Assembly (NCBI GenBank): GCA_963674745.2
Contig: CAXXDV010000003.1
Location: forward strand, 1,856,001 to 1,920,000
Reading direction: 5' to 3'
Length of the DNA: 64,000 nucleotides
From: Desulfosudaceae bacterium
Lineage (GTDB): Bacteria > Desulfobacterota > Desulfobacteria > Desulfobacterales > Desulfosudaceae
In this document: piece after piece, positions 6,367 through 15,475 of the stretch
How the letters are laid out: each line of letters begins with the position of its first letter
Position numbering within the stretch: the first letter of the stretch is position 1
The notes under the pieces: model-generated
The model's input: the letters and a program-made list of their open reading frames with translations, nothing else
Told to the model about the DNA's origin: nothing
The model's database searches: none
Translations under genes and position numbers: made by a program

Positions 6367-9358
6367 ACCATCAGGTTCGGTGATGATCGTCGGGGGCGGC
6401 ATCGGCGGTATGCAGGCGGCCCTGGACCTGGCTGACAGCGGTTTCAAAGTTCACATTGTCCAGAAGGACTCCTCCCTGGGCGGCACCATGGTCATGCTGG
6501 ACAAGACCTTCCCCACCGGTGACTGTTCCATGTGCATGATTTCGCCCAAAATGGTGGAAATCGGACGTCATCCCAACATTGAAATTCATACCCTGGCGGA
6601 AGTAACCGGCATTGACGGCGAACCCGGCCGCTTCAGCGTGACCGTCAAACTCCTGCCCCGGTATGTGGATCCTGACAAATGTACCGGCTGCGGTATCTGT
6701 GAAAAAAAATGCCCCAAGCTGGTCACCAGCGAGTTTGAACAGGGGCTGACAAAGCGTAAGGCCATTTACGCCCTGATGCCCCAGGCCGTCCCCAATACCC
6801 GCGTCATCGACCATGACAACTGCCTTTATTTTCAAAGAGGCAGGTGCAAGGCTTGTGAAAAATTCTGCACCAACGGCGCCATCAACTTCGAAGACACAGG
6901 CAAAGAAATTACGCTCACCGTCGGCGCGGTGATCCTTTCACCAGGGCTGGCCCGCCACAGTGCCGACCGTCATCCGGAACTGGGTTTCGGCCGCTGGCCC
7001 AACGTGGTCTCTTCTGTACAGTTTGAGCGTATCCTGTCGGCTTCGGGCCCCTTTTCCGGCGAAATACTGCGGCCCAGCGACAAAAAACATCCTCACAAGA
7101 TTGCCTGGATTCAGTGTGTGGGATCCCGGGACAATAACCACGGCAACCCATGGTGTTCTTCGGTATGCTGTATGTATGCCACCAAGCAGGCGGTCATTGC
7201 CCGGGAACACGACGCCTCGATCACGCCCACTATCTTCTACATGGAGATGCGGGCCTTTGGAAAAGACTTTGACAAATACGTGGACCGGGCCAAAAACCAG
7301 TACGGGGTCCGCTATCACCGGGCCATGGTTTCCGCTGTCCATGAAGAAGCAGGAACAGACAACCTGATATTGCGGTATGCCCAAATGGACGGCACCCTGG
7401 TCGACGAGGTGTTCGACATGGTGGTGCTGTCCATAGGGCTGGAACCTCACCGGGATGCGTTGGCGTTCGCGAAGACCTTTCAAATTGAATCCAACCGGCA
7501 TGGATTTGCCAAAACAACGCCTTTCACCCCGGTGGACACCACCCGCCCCGGCATGTTCGTAACCGGCACGTTTCAGGGTCCCAAGGACATTCCCGAAACC
7601 GTACTCCAGGGCAGTGCTGTGGCCGGTAAAGCCATGGCCCTTCTGGGAGAAGCCCGGGGCACGGAGATTACCGCCAAAGAGCTTCCGCCGGAAACCGACA
7701 CAAGTGAAGCGGATGCCCGGATCGGTGTGTTGATTTGCCATTGCGGAATCAATATATCACAGACTGTGGACATCCCCGCAGTGGTGGAAGCCGCGAAAGC
7801 CCTGCCCCATGTGGTTTTTGCCGATGACCTGATGTATGCCTGCTCCCAGGACAGCCAGGACGCCATCAAAGCCCTGGTCAAAGAGCACAACCTGACCCGG
7901 GTGGTGGTGGCTTCATGCACGCCCCGAACCCACCAGCCCCTGTTCCAGGAAACTATACGGGACGCGGGTTTGAACAAGTACCTGTTTGAACTGGCCGACA
8001 TCCGGGAACAATGTTCCTGGTGTCACATGGGTCAGAATGAACCCGCCACCAAAAAAGCCATTGATATCGTCAAGATGACGGTAGCCAAAACCGCCCTGTT
8101 TGAAGCCATTCACACCGATTCGGTACCGGTCACCCATGCGGCCCTGGTTATCGGCGGCGGTATGGCCGGCATGACCGCGGCCCTTGCCCTGGGAGACCAG
8201 GGATATGACGTGCATATTATTGAAAATCAGGATGCCCTGGGCGGCCTGGTCAACAATCTCTACCGGACCCTGGACGGCAGCGACGTGCAGGCCTTTTTGA
8301 AGGACAGTATCGATAAAGTCGGCAACCACCCGAAAATCACCGTACATACAGGCGTGGATATAAAGAAAACCGACGGGTTTGTCGGCAATTTCGTGACCAC
8401 CCTGACCGACGACACAACGATTCCTCATGGTGCCATTATTATTGCCACCGGCGGGGTGGAATACGAGCCAGACGAATACGAATACGGCAGCAGCAGCGCC
8501 ATCATGACCCAGCGTGAGCTCGAAAAGCGGCTTGAGACCGAAACTTTTTCGCCTTCAGCGACCTTTGCCATGATCCAGTGCGTGGGCTCCCGGGAAGAAC
8601 CGTTTAATTACTGTTCCCGGATCTGCTGCCAGGACGCCATCAAAAACGCCATCGCTATTAAGACAAAATATCCCGGAGCCGCTGTCACCATTTTCTACCG
8701 GGACATTCGCACCTATGGCCTGCGGGAAGATTATTACCATCAGGCCAGAAGCCTGGGCGTGCTATTTGTCCGCTTTGAACCGGACAACAAACCCGAGGTG
8801 AGCATAAGCGGTGACAAGGTGACCGTCAGCGCCTTTGATTTCATGCTCAACCGCCCGATTGAAGTCCGGACCGATTACCTGGCCCTGTCGACCGGCCTGC
8901 GGCCCCATCCCTCCACCGAAGAAGTGGGCAAGCGTTACAAACTGACCCGCAACCCGGACGGCTATTTTCTGGAGGCCCATGTCAAGCTGCGGCCGGTGGA
9001 TTTTCCCAGTGAAGGGCTTTTTGTGGCCGGGCTGGCCCATGCCCCCAAAAACCTGGACGAAACTATCAGCCAGGCCCTGGCCGCTTCCGGCCGGGCCGGG
9101 GTTCTACTTTCCAAAGACAGACTGGATGTCTCCGGCATCATATCAAAACACAACCGGGACCTCTGTATGTCCTGCCTGGCCTGCTTCCGCGTCTGCCCGT
9201 TTGATTCACCGTTTATCGATGAGGACGGACGCATCAGCCACAACGAAGTCAAGTGCATGGGCTGCGGCATCTGTGCCGGCGTCTGCCCGGCCAAGGCGTT
9301 CCAGGTCAACAACTTCAGAGATGACCAGATTATCGCCATGATCGACGCGGTAACCTGA
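6350..9358 (+). CDS. hdrA: Heterodisulfide reductase subunit A-like flavoprotein, 1002 aa with two FAD-binding modules
   Basis: GGGIGG, KTFPTGDCSMC, QCVGSRD, CSSVCC, a second GGGMAG and QCVGSR...CSRICC, and ferredoxin motifs. Confidence 0.95.
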   Translation: MNQSTKPSGSVMIVGGGIGGMQAALDLADSGFKVHIVQKDSSLGGTMVMLDKTFPTGDCSMCMISPKMVEIGRHPNIEIHTLAEVTGIDGEPGRFSVTVKLLPRYVDPDKCTGCGICEKKCPKLVTSEFEQGLTKRKAIYALMPQAVPNTRVIDHDNCLYFQRGRCKACEKFCTNGAINFEDTGKEITLTVGAVILSPGLARHSADRHPELGFGRWPNVVSSVQFERILSASGPFSGEILRPSDKKHPHKIAWIQCVGSRDNNHGNPWCSSVCCMYATKQAVIAREHDASITPTIFYMEMRAFGKDFDKYVDRAKNQYGVRYHRAMVSAVHEEAGTDNLILRYAQMDGTLVDEVFDMVVLSIGLEPHRDALAFAKTFQIESNRHGFAKTTPFTPVDTTRPGMFVTGTFQGPKDIPETVLQGSAVAGKAMALLGEARGTEITAKELPPETDTSEADARIGVLICHCGINISQTVDIPAVVEAAKALPHVVFADDLMYACSQDSQDAIKALVKEHNLTRVVVASCTPRTHQPLFQETIRDAGLNKYLFELADIREQCSWCHMGQNEPATKKAIDIVKMTVAKTALFEAIHTDSVPVTHAALVIGGGMAGMTAALALGDQGYDVHIIENQDALGGLVNNLYRTLDGSDVQAFLKDSIDKVGNHPKITVHTGVDIKKTDGFVGNFVTTLTDDTTIPHGAIIIATGGVEYEPDEYEYGSSSAIMTQRELEKRLETETFSPSATFAMIQCVGSREEPFNYCSRICCQDAIKNAIAIKTKYPGAAVTIFYRDIRTYGLREDYYHQARSLGVLFVRFEPDNKPEVSISGDKVTVSAFDFMLNRPIEVRTDYLALSTGLRPHPSTEEVGKRYKLTRNPDGYFLEAHVKLRPVDFPSEGLFVAGLAHAPKNLDETISQALAASGRAGVLLSKDRLDVSGIISKHNRDLCMSCLACFRVCPFDSPFIDEDGRISHNEVKCMGCGICAGVCPAKAFQVNNFRDDQIIAMIDAVT

Positions 9359-9390
9359 AATTAGAATAACTGATTGAAAAGGGATACTCC

Positions 9391-9888
9391 ATGAGCAAAG
9401 AACCCGCAGCCGCAGGCAAACAGGAAACCGCGCCGCCCATCGAGCGACCGGTTGAGGTCCCTGCCGGCTGGGAACCCGACATTCTGGCCATTGCCTGCCA
9501 TTACTGCGCCTTTGCCGCAGCCGACCTGGCAGGTGTGATGCGGCTTTCCTACCCGCCCAACGTCAAAGTCATCCGTCTGCCCTGTACCGGCAAGCTGGAC
9601 CACTATTATGTGCTGCGCGCCCTGGAAAGGGGGTTTGACGGCGTTTTCGTGGCCGGGTGACTGGAGGGCCAATGTCATTTCCTGGAAGGAAATACCAACG
9701 CCAAAAAACGAATCGACTATCTGAAAAAACTGATCGTGCAGGTCGGCATCGACCCTGCCCGTATCGAAATGTACAACCTGTCCGCGGCCATGGGACCGCG
9801 ATGGGCCGAGATATGTACCGAATTTACAGACCGCATACGTCAGATGGGGCCTTCTCCTGTCCGTCCCCCTGGCCATAAACCATCATAA
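9391..9888 (+). CDS. mvhD: MvhD-like [2Fe-2S] subunit, selenoprotein (UGA at 9658-9660 read as Sec)
   Basis: ACHYCAFAAAD...RLPCTG...DGVFVAG-TGA-LEGQCHFLEGN continues in frame to TAA 9888 (165 aa). The UGA sits at the conserved Cys of GCxxGxCH. Confidence 0.93.
9658..9695 (+). promoter_or_regulatory. Bacterial SECIS-like hairpin
   Basis: ATTTCC-TGGAA-GGAAAT stem-loop beginning 17 nt after the in-frame TGA, with G residues in the apical loop. Confidence 0.7.
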
Positions 9889-9903
9889 ACAAGGAGTCGC
9901 ACC

Positions 9904-10572
9904 ATGATCGTGGGTGAACAAAAACCTTTAGAAGAGATCTGGGAGATGATCAAACCCTACAAAAAGGTGCTGGTCTTCGGCTGCAATACATGTGTGGCCG
10001 TCTGCCACACCGGCGGCAACAAGGAGGCCGAGATGCTGGGTTCCCTCCTGCGCATGCAGGCCACGCAGGACGGCGTTGACATGGAAATAAAAGATTCCGG
10101 CATAGAGCGTCAGTGTGAACATGAGTTTTATGATTCAGCCAGAGAAGACCTGGACTGGGCCGACCTGGTGCTGTCAACCGCCTGCGGTGTAGGCGTACAG
10201 TTTACGGCCGAAAAAATGCCGACCACACCGGTGTTTCCCGCGCTCAACACAACCTTTATGGGAGCGGTCGACGCGCCCGGAATTTTCAGCGAGCGCTGCC
10301 AGGGATGCGGCCAGTGCATCCTGGCGGTCACCGGCGGTATCTGCCCGGTATCCCGTTGTGCCAAGCGGCTGTTTAACGGACCCTGCGGCGGATCAACGAA
10401 CGGCAAATGTGAAATAAGTAAAGACACGGACTGCGCCTGGCAGTTGATCGTTGACCGGCTGACAGCTTTAAACCGGCTGGATGACTATGAAACACTGGCG
10501 CCGATAAAAGACTGGTCCAACGAACGTTCCGGCGGACCCAGAAAACTGGTCAGGGAGGATTTGCAAAAATGA
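9904..10572 (+). CDS. metV: Methylene-THF reductase small subunit MetV (Cys-rich)
   Basis: GCNTCVAVC, RQCE, ACGVGVQ, ERCQGCGQCILAVTGGICPVSRCAKRLFNGPCGG and DCAW motifs; overlaps metF. Confidence 0.92.
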   Translation: MIVGEQKPLEEIWEMIKPYKKVLVFGCNTCVAVCHTGGNKEAEMLGSLLRMQATQDGVDMEIKDSGIERQCEHEFYDSAREDLDWADLVLSTACGVGVQFTAEKMPTTPVFPALNTTFMGAVDAPGIFSERCQGCGQCILAVTGGICPVSRCAKRLFNGPCGGSTNGKCEISKDTDCAWQLIVDRLTALNRLDDYETLAPIKDWSNERSGGPRKLVREDLQK

Positions 10573-11498
10573 GCGAAAACACACCCAGCAAACTGGAAAA
10601 GATCCTTCGCCAGGGACATTTAGCGGTTACTTCCGAGTGCGGCCCGCCCCGGGGCAGTGATCCGGCGGCCATTACCGAAAAGGCCGAAATGATCAAGGAT
10701 TACGTGGATGCCATCAACATCACCGACAACCAGACTTCCATGACCCGCATGTGCAGCCTGGCGTCCTGCATCCATTTGAAACTGATGGGGCTGGAACCCG
10801 TGCTGCAGATGGTGACCCGGGACCGGAACCGTATTGCCCTGCAGAGTGACATCCTCGGCGCGGCTTCCTTCGGGATTAATAATATGCTGTGCCTTTCCGG
10901 TGATCACCAGAGTTTCGGCGACTGCCCAACCGGACAGAATGTTCACGACATCGACTCCATGCAGTTGCTTCAGACCGTCCGGCTCATGCGGGATGAAGGT
11001 AAATTCCTGGGAGGTGACGAAATTAAACGCCCGCCCCAGATGTTCGTGGGCGCGGCGGCCAACCCTTTTGCCGACCCCTTTAATATAAGGGTTCCCCGTC
11101 TGGCCAAAAAGGTCGCCGCCGGCGCGGAATTCATCCAGACCCAGTGTATTTACAACCTGGACAAGTTTGAAGAGTGGATGAAACTGATCCGGGACCGCGG
11201 CCTGCATGAAAAGGTATTTATCCTGGCCGGTCTGACCCCCATGAAATCGGCCGGCATGGCCAGATACATGAAAAACCGGGTACCCGGCATGGATGTGCCC
11301 GATGAAGTGGTCAAACGCCTGGCTGACACGCCCAAAGAAAAACAGGCTGAAGAAGGCGTCAAGATGTGCATTGAATCGATTCAACGCCTCAAAGAAGTGG
11401 AAGGTGTAAAAGGCTTTCATATCATGGCCATTGAGTGGGAGGAAAAGGTTCCCGAAATCGTAGAGCAGGCGGGTCTCTATCCGCGTCCTGCCGTATAA
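10569..11498 (+). CDS. metF: Methylenetetrahydrofolate reductase catalytic subunit
   Basis: ECGPPRG, AINITDN, TRDRNRIALQSD, LSGD and KKVAAGAEFIQTQ motifs. Confidence 0.95.
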   Translation: MSENTPSKLEKILRQGHLAVTSECGPPRGSDPAAITEKAEMIKDYVDAINITDNQTSMTRMCSLASCIHLKLMGLEPVLQMVTRDRNRIALQSDILGAASFGINNMLCLSGDHQSFGDCPTGQNVHDIDSMQLLQTVRLMRDEGKFLGGDEIKRPPQMFVGAAANPFADPFNIRVPRLAKKVAAGAEFIQTQCIYNLDKFEEWMKLIRDRGLHEKVFILAGLTPMKSAGMARYMKNRVPGMDVPDEVVKRLADTPKEKQAEEGVKMCIESIQRLKEVEGVKGFHIMAIEWEEKVPEIVEQAGLYPRPAV

Positions 11499-11513
11499 TC
11501 CTGAGGAGCGCGC

Positions 11514-12608
11514 ATGAAAACCTTTGAAGACCTGATCAAGGAAGTACAGGAACCGGGACTTTGCCATCATTGCGGGGGGTGCGTCACCTTCTGTACCTCG
11601 ATCAACTATGGTGCCCTGGAGATCGACACCAACGGCATGCCCCGTTTCGCAGACCGGGACAAGTGCATCGAGTGCGGCCTGTGTTATTCCATCTGCCCGG
11701 AAATCAACGAACTGGATGATGAAACCAAAAAAATGGTGGCCTGGGAGCCGCCCATCGGTAAAATCATCGAGCTGACCGCGGCCCGGGCGCTGGACCCGGC
11801 CATTCGTAAAAAAGCCACCGACGGTGGAGCCGTAACCGCCATTCTATTATATCTTTTCGATACCGGACGCATTGATGGCGCTATCGTCACCCATCACACG
11901 GATGAATTCAGTCGTGAACCTCATTTGGCCACCACCCGTGAGGATATTATCGCGTCGGCCGGTTTTTTCATGGACACGTCCCACGGCATGAAGCACTTCG
12001 GTCATGATTACTCTACCTACTCTCCATCTGTTCAGGAATTCCGTCCGGTAATGGAAAAGGGCCTGAGCCGAATTGCCCTGGTCGGAACCCCCTGCCAGAT
12101 CGAAGCCGTCCGTAAAATCGAAGCCCTGGGCATCGTGCCCTCCGATTCCATTAAATTCTGCCTGGGGCTTTTCTGCTCCGGCAACTTTTCTTTTTCTGAA
12201 AAAGAAAAGGTGGAAATGGAAAACATCGGTGAGTTTAAGTGGGACGCCGTTTCCCGCATCAATATTAAAGAGAACTTCATGGTTTACCTGAGTAACGGCG
12301 AAGTCATTTCCATCCCGCTGGATCGGCTGGATTTCATGAAACGATTCGCCTGCCGTTTCTGCATGGACTATTCCGCCGAATACGCCGACATCTCCTTCGG
12401 CGGCGTCGGTGCCAAAGACGGATGGACAACGTTGATCACCCGGACCCCCCTGGGCAGAGCGGTAGTGGCCGATGCCAGGGGGAAAACCATTGAGACCGAC
12501 ATTACCTTGGGTTTAAACCGCTCACAGAAGGAAACCATTGACATCGTTCGTCAGGCATCCAAACAAAAGCTGCAAAAGGCCCGGACCAACCGGCAAAACC
12601 TGTTTTAA
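11514..12608 (+). CDS. FrhB/FdhB family (coenzyme F420 hydrogenase/dehydrogenase beta subunit-like) protein with N-terminal 2x[4Fe-4S] domain
   Basis: CHHCGGCVTFC and CIECGLCYSIC, then DGGAVT, VGTPCQ, GLFC and CRFCMDYSAEYADISFG. Lies 15 nt after metF with a GAGGAG RBS. Confidence 0.88.
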   Translation: MKTFEDLIKEVQEPGLCHHCGGCVTFCTSINYGALEIDTNGMPRFADRDKCIECGLCYSICPEINELDDETKKMVAWEPPIGKIIELTAARALDPAIRKKATDGGAVTAILLYLFDTGRIDGAIVTHHTDEFSREPHLATTREDIIASAGFFMDTSHGMKHFGHDYSTYSPSVQEFRPVMEKGLSRIALVGTPCQIEAVRKIEALGIVPSDSIKFCLGLFCSGNFSFSEKEKVEMENIGEFKWDAVSRINIKENFMVYLSNGEVISIPLDRLDFMKRFACRFCMDYSAEYADISFGGVGAKDGWTTLITRTPLGRAVVADARGKTIETDITLGLNRSQKETIDIVRQASKQKLQKARTNRQNLF

Positions 12609-12637
12609 AGTGGATCTTCTCCAATTTTATGGAGGCA

Positions 12638-12661
12638 GGGTTCAAGGGGTCGAGGGTTCAA
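12638..12661 (+). repeat. 8-bp tandem repeat (GGGTTCAA/GGGGTCGA type), 3 units
   Basis: GGGTTCAA GGGGTCGA GGGTTCAA; the same family occurs at 15359 and 43525. Confidence 0.7.
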
Positions 12662-12836
12662 GGACTTGGACTGAACTGAAAATACCGTCCCGGTGACGTT
12701 ATCTTTTCAGTCAACCATGCAGCCGATTGTGTTTCTCTCCACTTGCCCTTACGGCAAAGCCTTTGATCACACCTTGATTTTTAACGCTTTCTGGGCCATA
12801 TTATCGATATAATATGCAAAAAATGGAGATGCAGGC

Positions 12837-15356
12837 ATGAACGGTCAAAAAGACCTGTCCGGGAAAAAAAGAAAACACTTTACAGCTTGGTTTCTGGTAA
12901 TAACCACCCTGTTGTCGATTGGAATATCACGGGCTTCGGCCCAGGAAGCAGAAGAACCGCCGATAAGCTTAAAACAATCCATCGAAGAATCACTGCAACT
13001 GGAAAAAAACCTGCTGATCGATCTGGAAAAGGACTATAACCGGATTCAACAACTGGAACCAACGCTGGCTGTCGAGCTGGAGACCTATAAAGTTCTGCAC
13101 ACAACTTATACCAATATGTTGGCCCGGCAGATGCCGGACATGGAAAGCCTGGAGCAGGCTGCCGCCAATGTCAAAGCGGCTATCATCCGAACCCGGGAAC
13201 GGTTAAACTCGCTTAACAAACATTACGACGCCATTCGGCCCCTTCGTAACGGTTTACAGGAACAACTGGACACCAACACCGCCTATCTCAAAGAAATTAA
13301 AATCACACGCAACAAACAGCCGGAAGCCGCAGCTTCTATTCAAAATCTCAAAACCCTGATCGATATTATCAACAAGAAACGGCAATACCTTGATGAGATG
13401 AATGATTTTTATCAGTCATCGATCACAAAAATGGGAGCCATTCATGAAAACCTGATTTCGCTGTCAAACAGACTGGATGCCGGCATTAACCGGAGTCGAA
13501 CCAGCTCCCGTTTCATCCGGAGGACGACTCTGTTTGCCGCCGGTGGAGGGCTTGCGCTGAAAAAAGAAGCCGACCAGCTTCTGGAACAAGCGGGTCATGT
13601 CATGTCGGCATCTTACCTGAGCAAAGAAATGGGTCTGATGTGGAAGTCGGTGAATTCGTTCATGACCCTACCGGTCCTGATCTTTTTGTTGGGGCTGATT
13701 CTGGCTTTCCGGGTACGAAAATCTTATCTGAAGATATGGGAAAATCCGTCTTTTAAAGACTGCCCGGCCTTCCGTTTGTCCTGGCGGATTTTCAACCGTT
13801 CGATTTTTCTGCTGGTCATTACCGGGGGCCTGTTTGCTTTTACGCAAATAAACAGGCTTTATGTGCCTGTCCATGTCGTCACTGTCCTTTACCTGTTTCA
13901 GCTTTTTCTGTTCACGGAATGGGGGCTGGACATGGTCTCGGGTTTCGACCAACTGGAACGGATCAAAATGATGCCGAAATTTGGGAAACTTCTTCGCGCC
14001 CTTATAATCCTGGTTCGCTGTTATATAACGGCCTACATTGTTATTGCCCAACTTTTACAGTCGAGTAGTGTTCTGTTGATCTGGGCCAGGTTGATATTTG
14101 AAATTCTTCTTATTGCCTGGTGCCTGAAATGCTGGAGAAAAGACCGGCAACAGCCGTCAGTTGAACTTATCCCGAACGGGATAGTAAAAAAACAAGCCGT
14201 TAAAACGATGGCTTATCTGATCAGCTTCGGCGGTCTGGCCTTTGAAATCGCCGGTTACGGTGACATGGCCTTTTTCTGGTATGCGTCATGGGGCCGGACC
14301 CTGATCATCGGTTTGTGGGCGGTGTTGCTGTATAGTGGGTTGCGGGAACTATCCATCATCTATCAGGTCAACCCCGACCAGGACAAAGATGTTGCTGAAG
14401 CCTCGGGAGCGCCGATCACCTGGCTTTTTCTGAAATTAGGGCAGCCGGTGGTGGTCGTTTTTTTCCTGGTGGCCGTGATCCTGGCCTGGGGCGGTAAACG
14501 GGCTTTTTTGATCGGCCTGTTTGAGACGATTCGTCACACCTACCGGATCGGCAGTATAGAATTCAGCATCATGGGGTTTGTTTACGCCCTGATTGTATTG
14601 CTGATCACCCACATCACCGCCCAAACCTGGCGATATGTTTTCCAGCAGAAATTTCTGGCCCGCAGCGGCATGGTGGTAGGCTTGCAGGAATCCCTCACCA
14701 CCATCAGTGTTTATGTTTTGTGGTTGCTGGGCGTACTGATCGCCCTCAATTTTATCGGCCTGAATACCACCACCCTGACGGTTGCTTTCGGTGCCCTGGG
14801 TATCGGACTGGGATTCGGGTTGCAGAACATCTTCAATAACTTTGTCAGCGGCATTATTCTTCTACTGGAACGTCCCATCCAGGTGGGTGATGACCTTCAG
14901 ATCAACGACGTCTGGGCCACGGTTAAAAAAATCAATGTGCGTGCTACCGTTGTGCAGACCTATGACAACGCCGCCTTGATCATCCCCAACGCCGATCTTG
15001 TCAGCAACCAGGTCACCAACTGGAGTTTCAAGGACAAACGCCTGCGCCGGAACATTATGGTGGGCGTGGCTTACGGATCAGACGTCGAGCTGGTGCGCCA
15101 GACCTTATTGGAAGCGGCGGACAGCACGCCTCGCGTACTGAAACAACCCAAACCGGACGTTATTTTTAAAGACTTCGGCGACAGCGCCCTGACTTTCAAC
15201 CTGCGCATCTGGACGCACATCGCCTATTATTACGCGGTTGAAAGCGACGTTCGTTTTACCATTGACCGCCTGTTTCGGGAAAGAAATATCGTCATCGCCT
15301 TTCCTCAGCGGGATATTCATGTGTTTTATGAGAATAAACCGGAACAGGAAATTTAA
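12837..15356 (+). CDS. Large mechanosensitive channel MscS/MscK-like protein
   Basis: Signal peptide, coiled-coil, many TM helices, then GIGLGFGLQNIFNNFVSG and IPNADLV...VTNWS (MscS core). Confidence 0.92.
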   Translation: MNGQKDLSGKKRKHFTAWFLVITTLLSIGISRASAQEAEEPPISLKQSIEESLQLEKNLLIDLEKDYNRIQQLEPTLAVELETYKVLHTTYTNMLARQMPDMESLEQAAANVKAAIIRTRERLNSLNKHYDAIRPLRNGLQEQLDTNTAYLKEIKITRNKQPEAAASIQNLKTLIDIINKKRQYLDEMNDFYQSSITKMGAIHENLISLSNRLDAGINRSRTSSRFIRRTTLFAAGGGLALKKEADQLLEQAGHVMSASYLSKEMGLMWKSVNSFMTLPVLIFLLGLILAFRVRKSYLKIWENPSFKDCPAFRLSWRIFNRSIFLLVITGGLFAFTQINRLYVPVHVVTVLYLFQLFLFTEWGLDMVSGFDQLERIKMMPKFGKLLRALIILVRCYITAYIVIAQLLQSSSVLLIWARLIFEILLIAWCLKCWRKDRQQPSVELIPNGIVKKQAVKTMAYLISFGGLAFEIAGYGDMAFFWYASWGRTLIIGLWAVLLYSGLRELSIIYQVNPDQDKDVAEASGAPITWLFLKLGQPVVVVFFLVAVILAWGGKRAFLIGLFETIRHTYRIGSIEFSIMGFVYALIVLLITHITAQTWRYVFQQKFLARSGMVVGLQESLTTISVYVLWLLGVLIALNFIGLNTTTLTVAFGALGIGLGFGLQNIFNNFVSGIILLLERPIQVGDDLQINDVWATVKKINVRATVVQTYDNAALIIPNADLVSNQVTNWSFKDKRLRRNIMVGVAYGSDVELVRQTLLEAADSTPRVLKQPKPDVIFKDFGDSALTFNLRIWTHIAYYYAVESDVRFTIDRLFRERNIVIAFPQRDIHVFYENKPEQEI

Positions 15357-15358
15357 TA

Positions 15359-15390
15359 GGATTCAAGGGGTCGAGGGGTCGAGGGTTTAT
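15359..15390 (+). repeat. 8-bp tandem repeat, 4 units
   Basis: GGATTCAA GGGGTCGA GGGGTCGA GGGTTTAT directly after the mscS stop. Confidence 0.7.
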
Positions 15391-15475
15391 TGTTGTTATA
15401 AACGAATAATATTAAGGCATCAAATCCTTCAAAAATCGAGACTTTCGTCAAAGCCATAACAATCAGGAGTGAACC

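Noticed and set aside
9657..9878. 73-aa ORF suggesting a split or frameshifted mvhD
   Set aside because: It is in the wrong frame; in-frame UGA readthrough gives the conserved MvhD C-terminus.
10620..11570. Long antisense ORFs (also 42237-43283, 58714-59859, 6938-7741)
   Set aside because: They are antisense shadows of well-supported genes, expected from codon bias.
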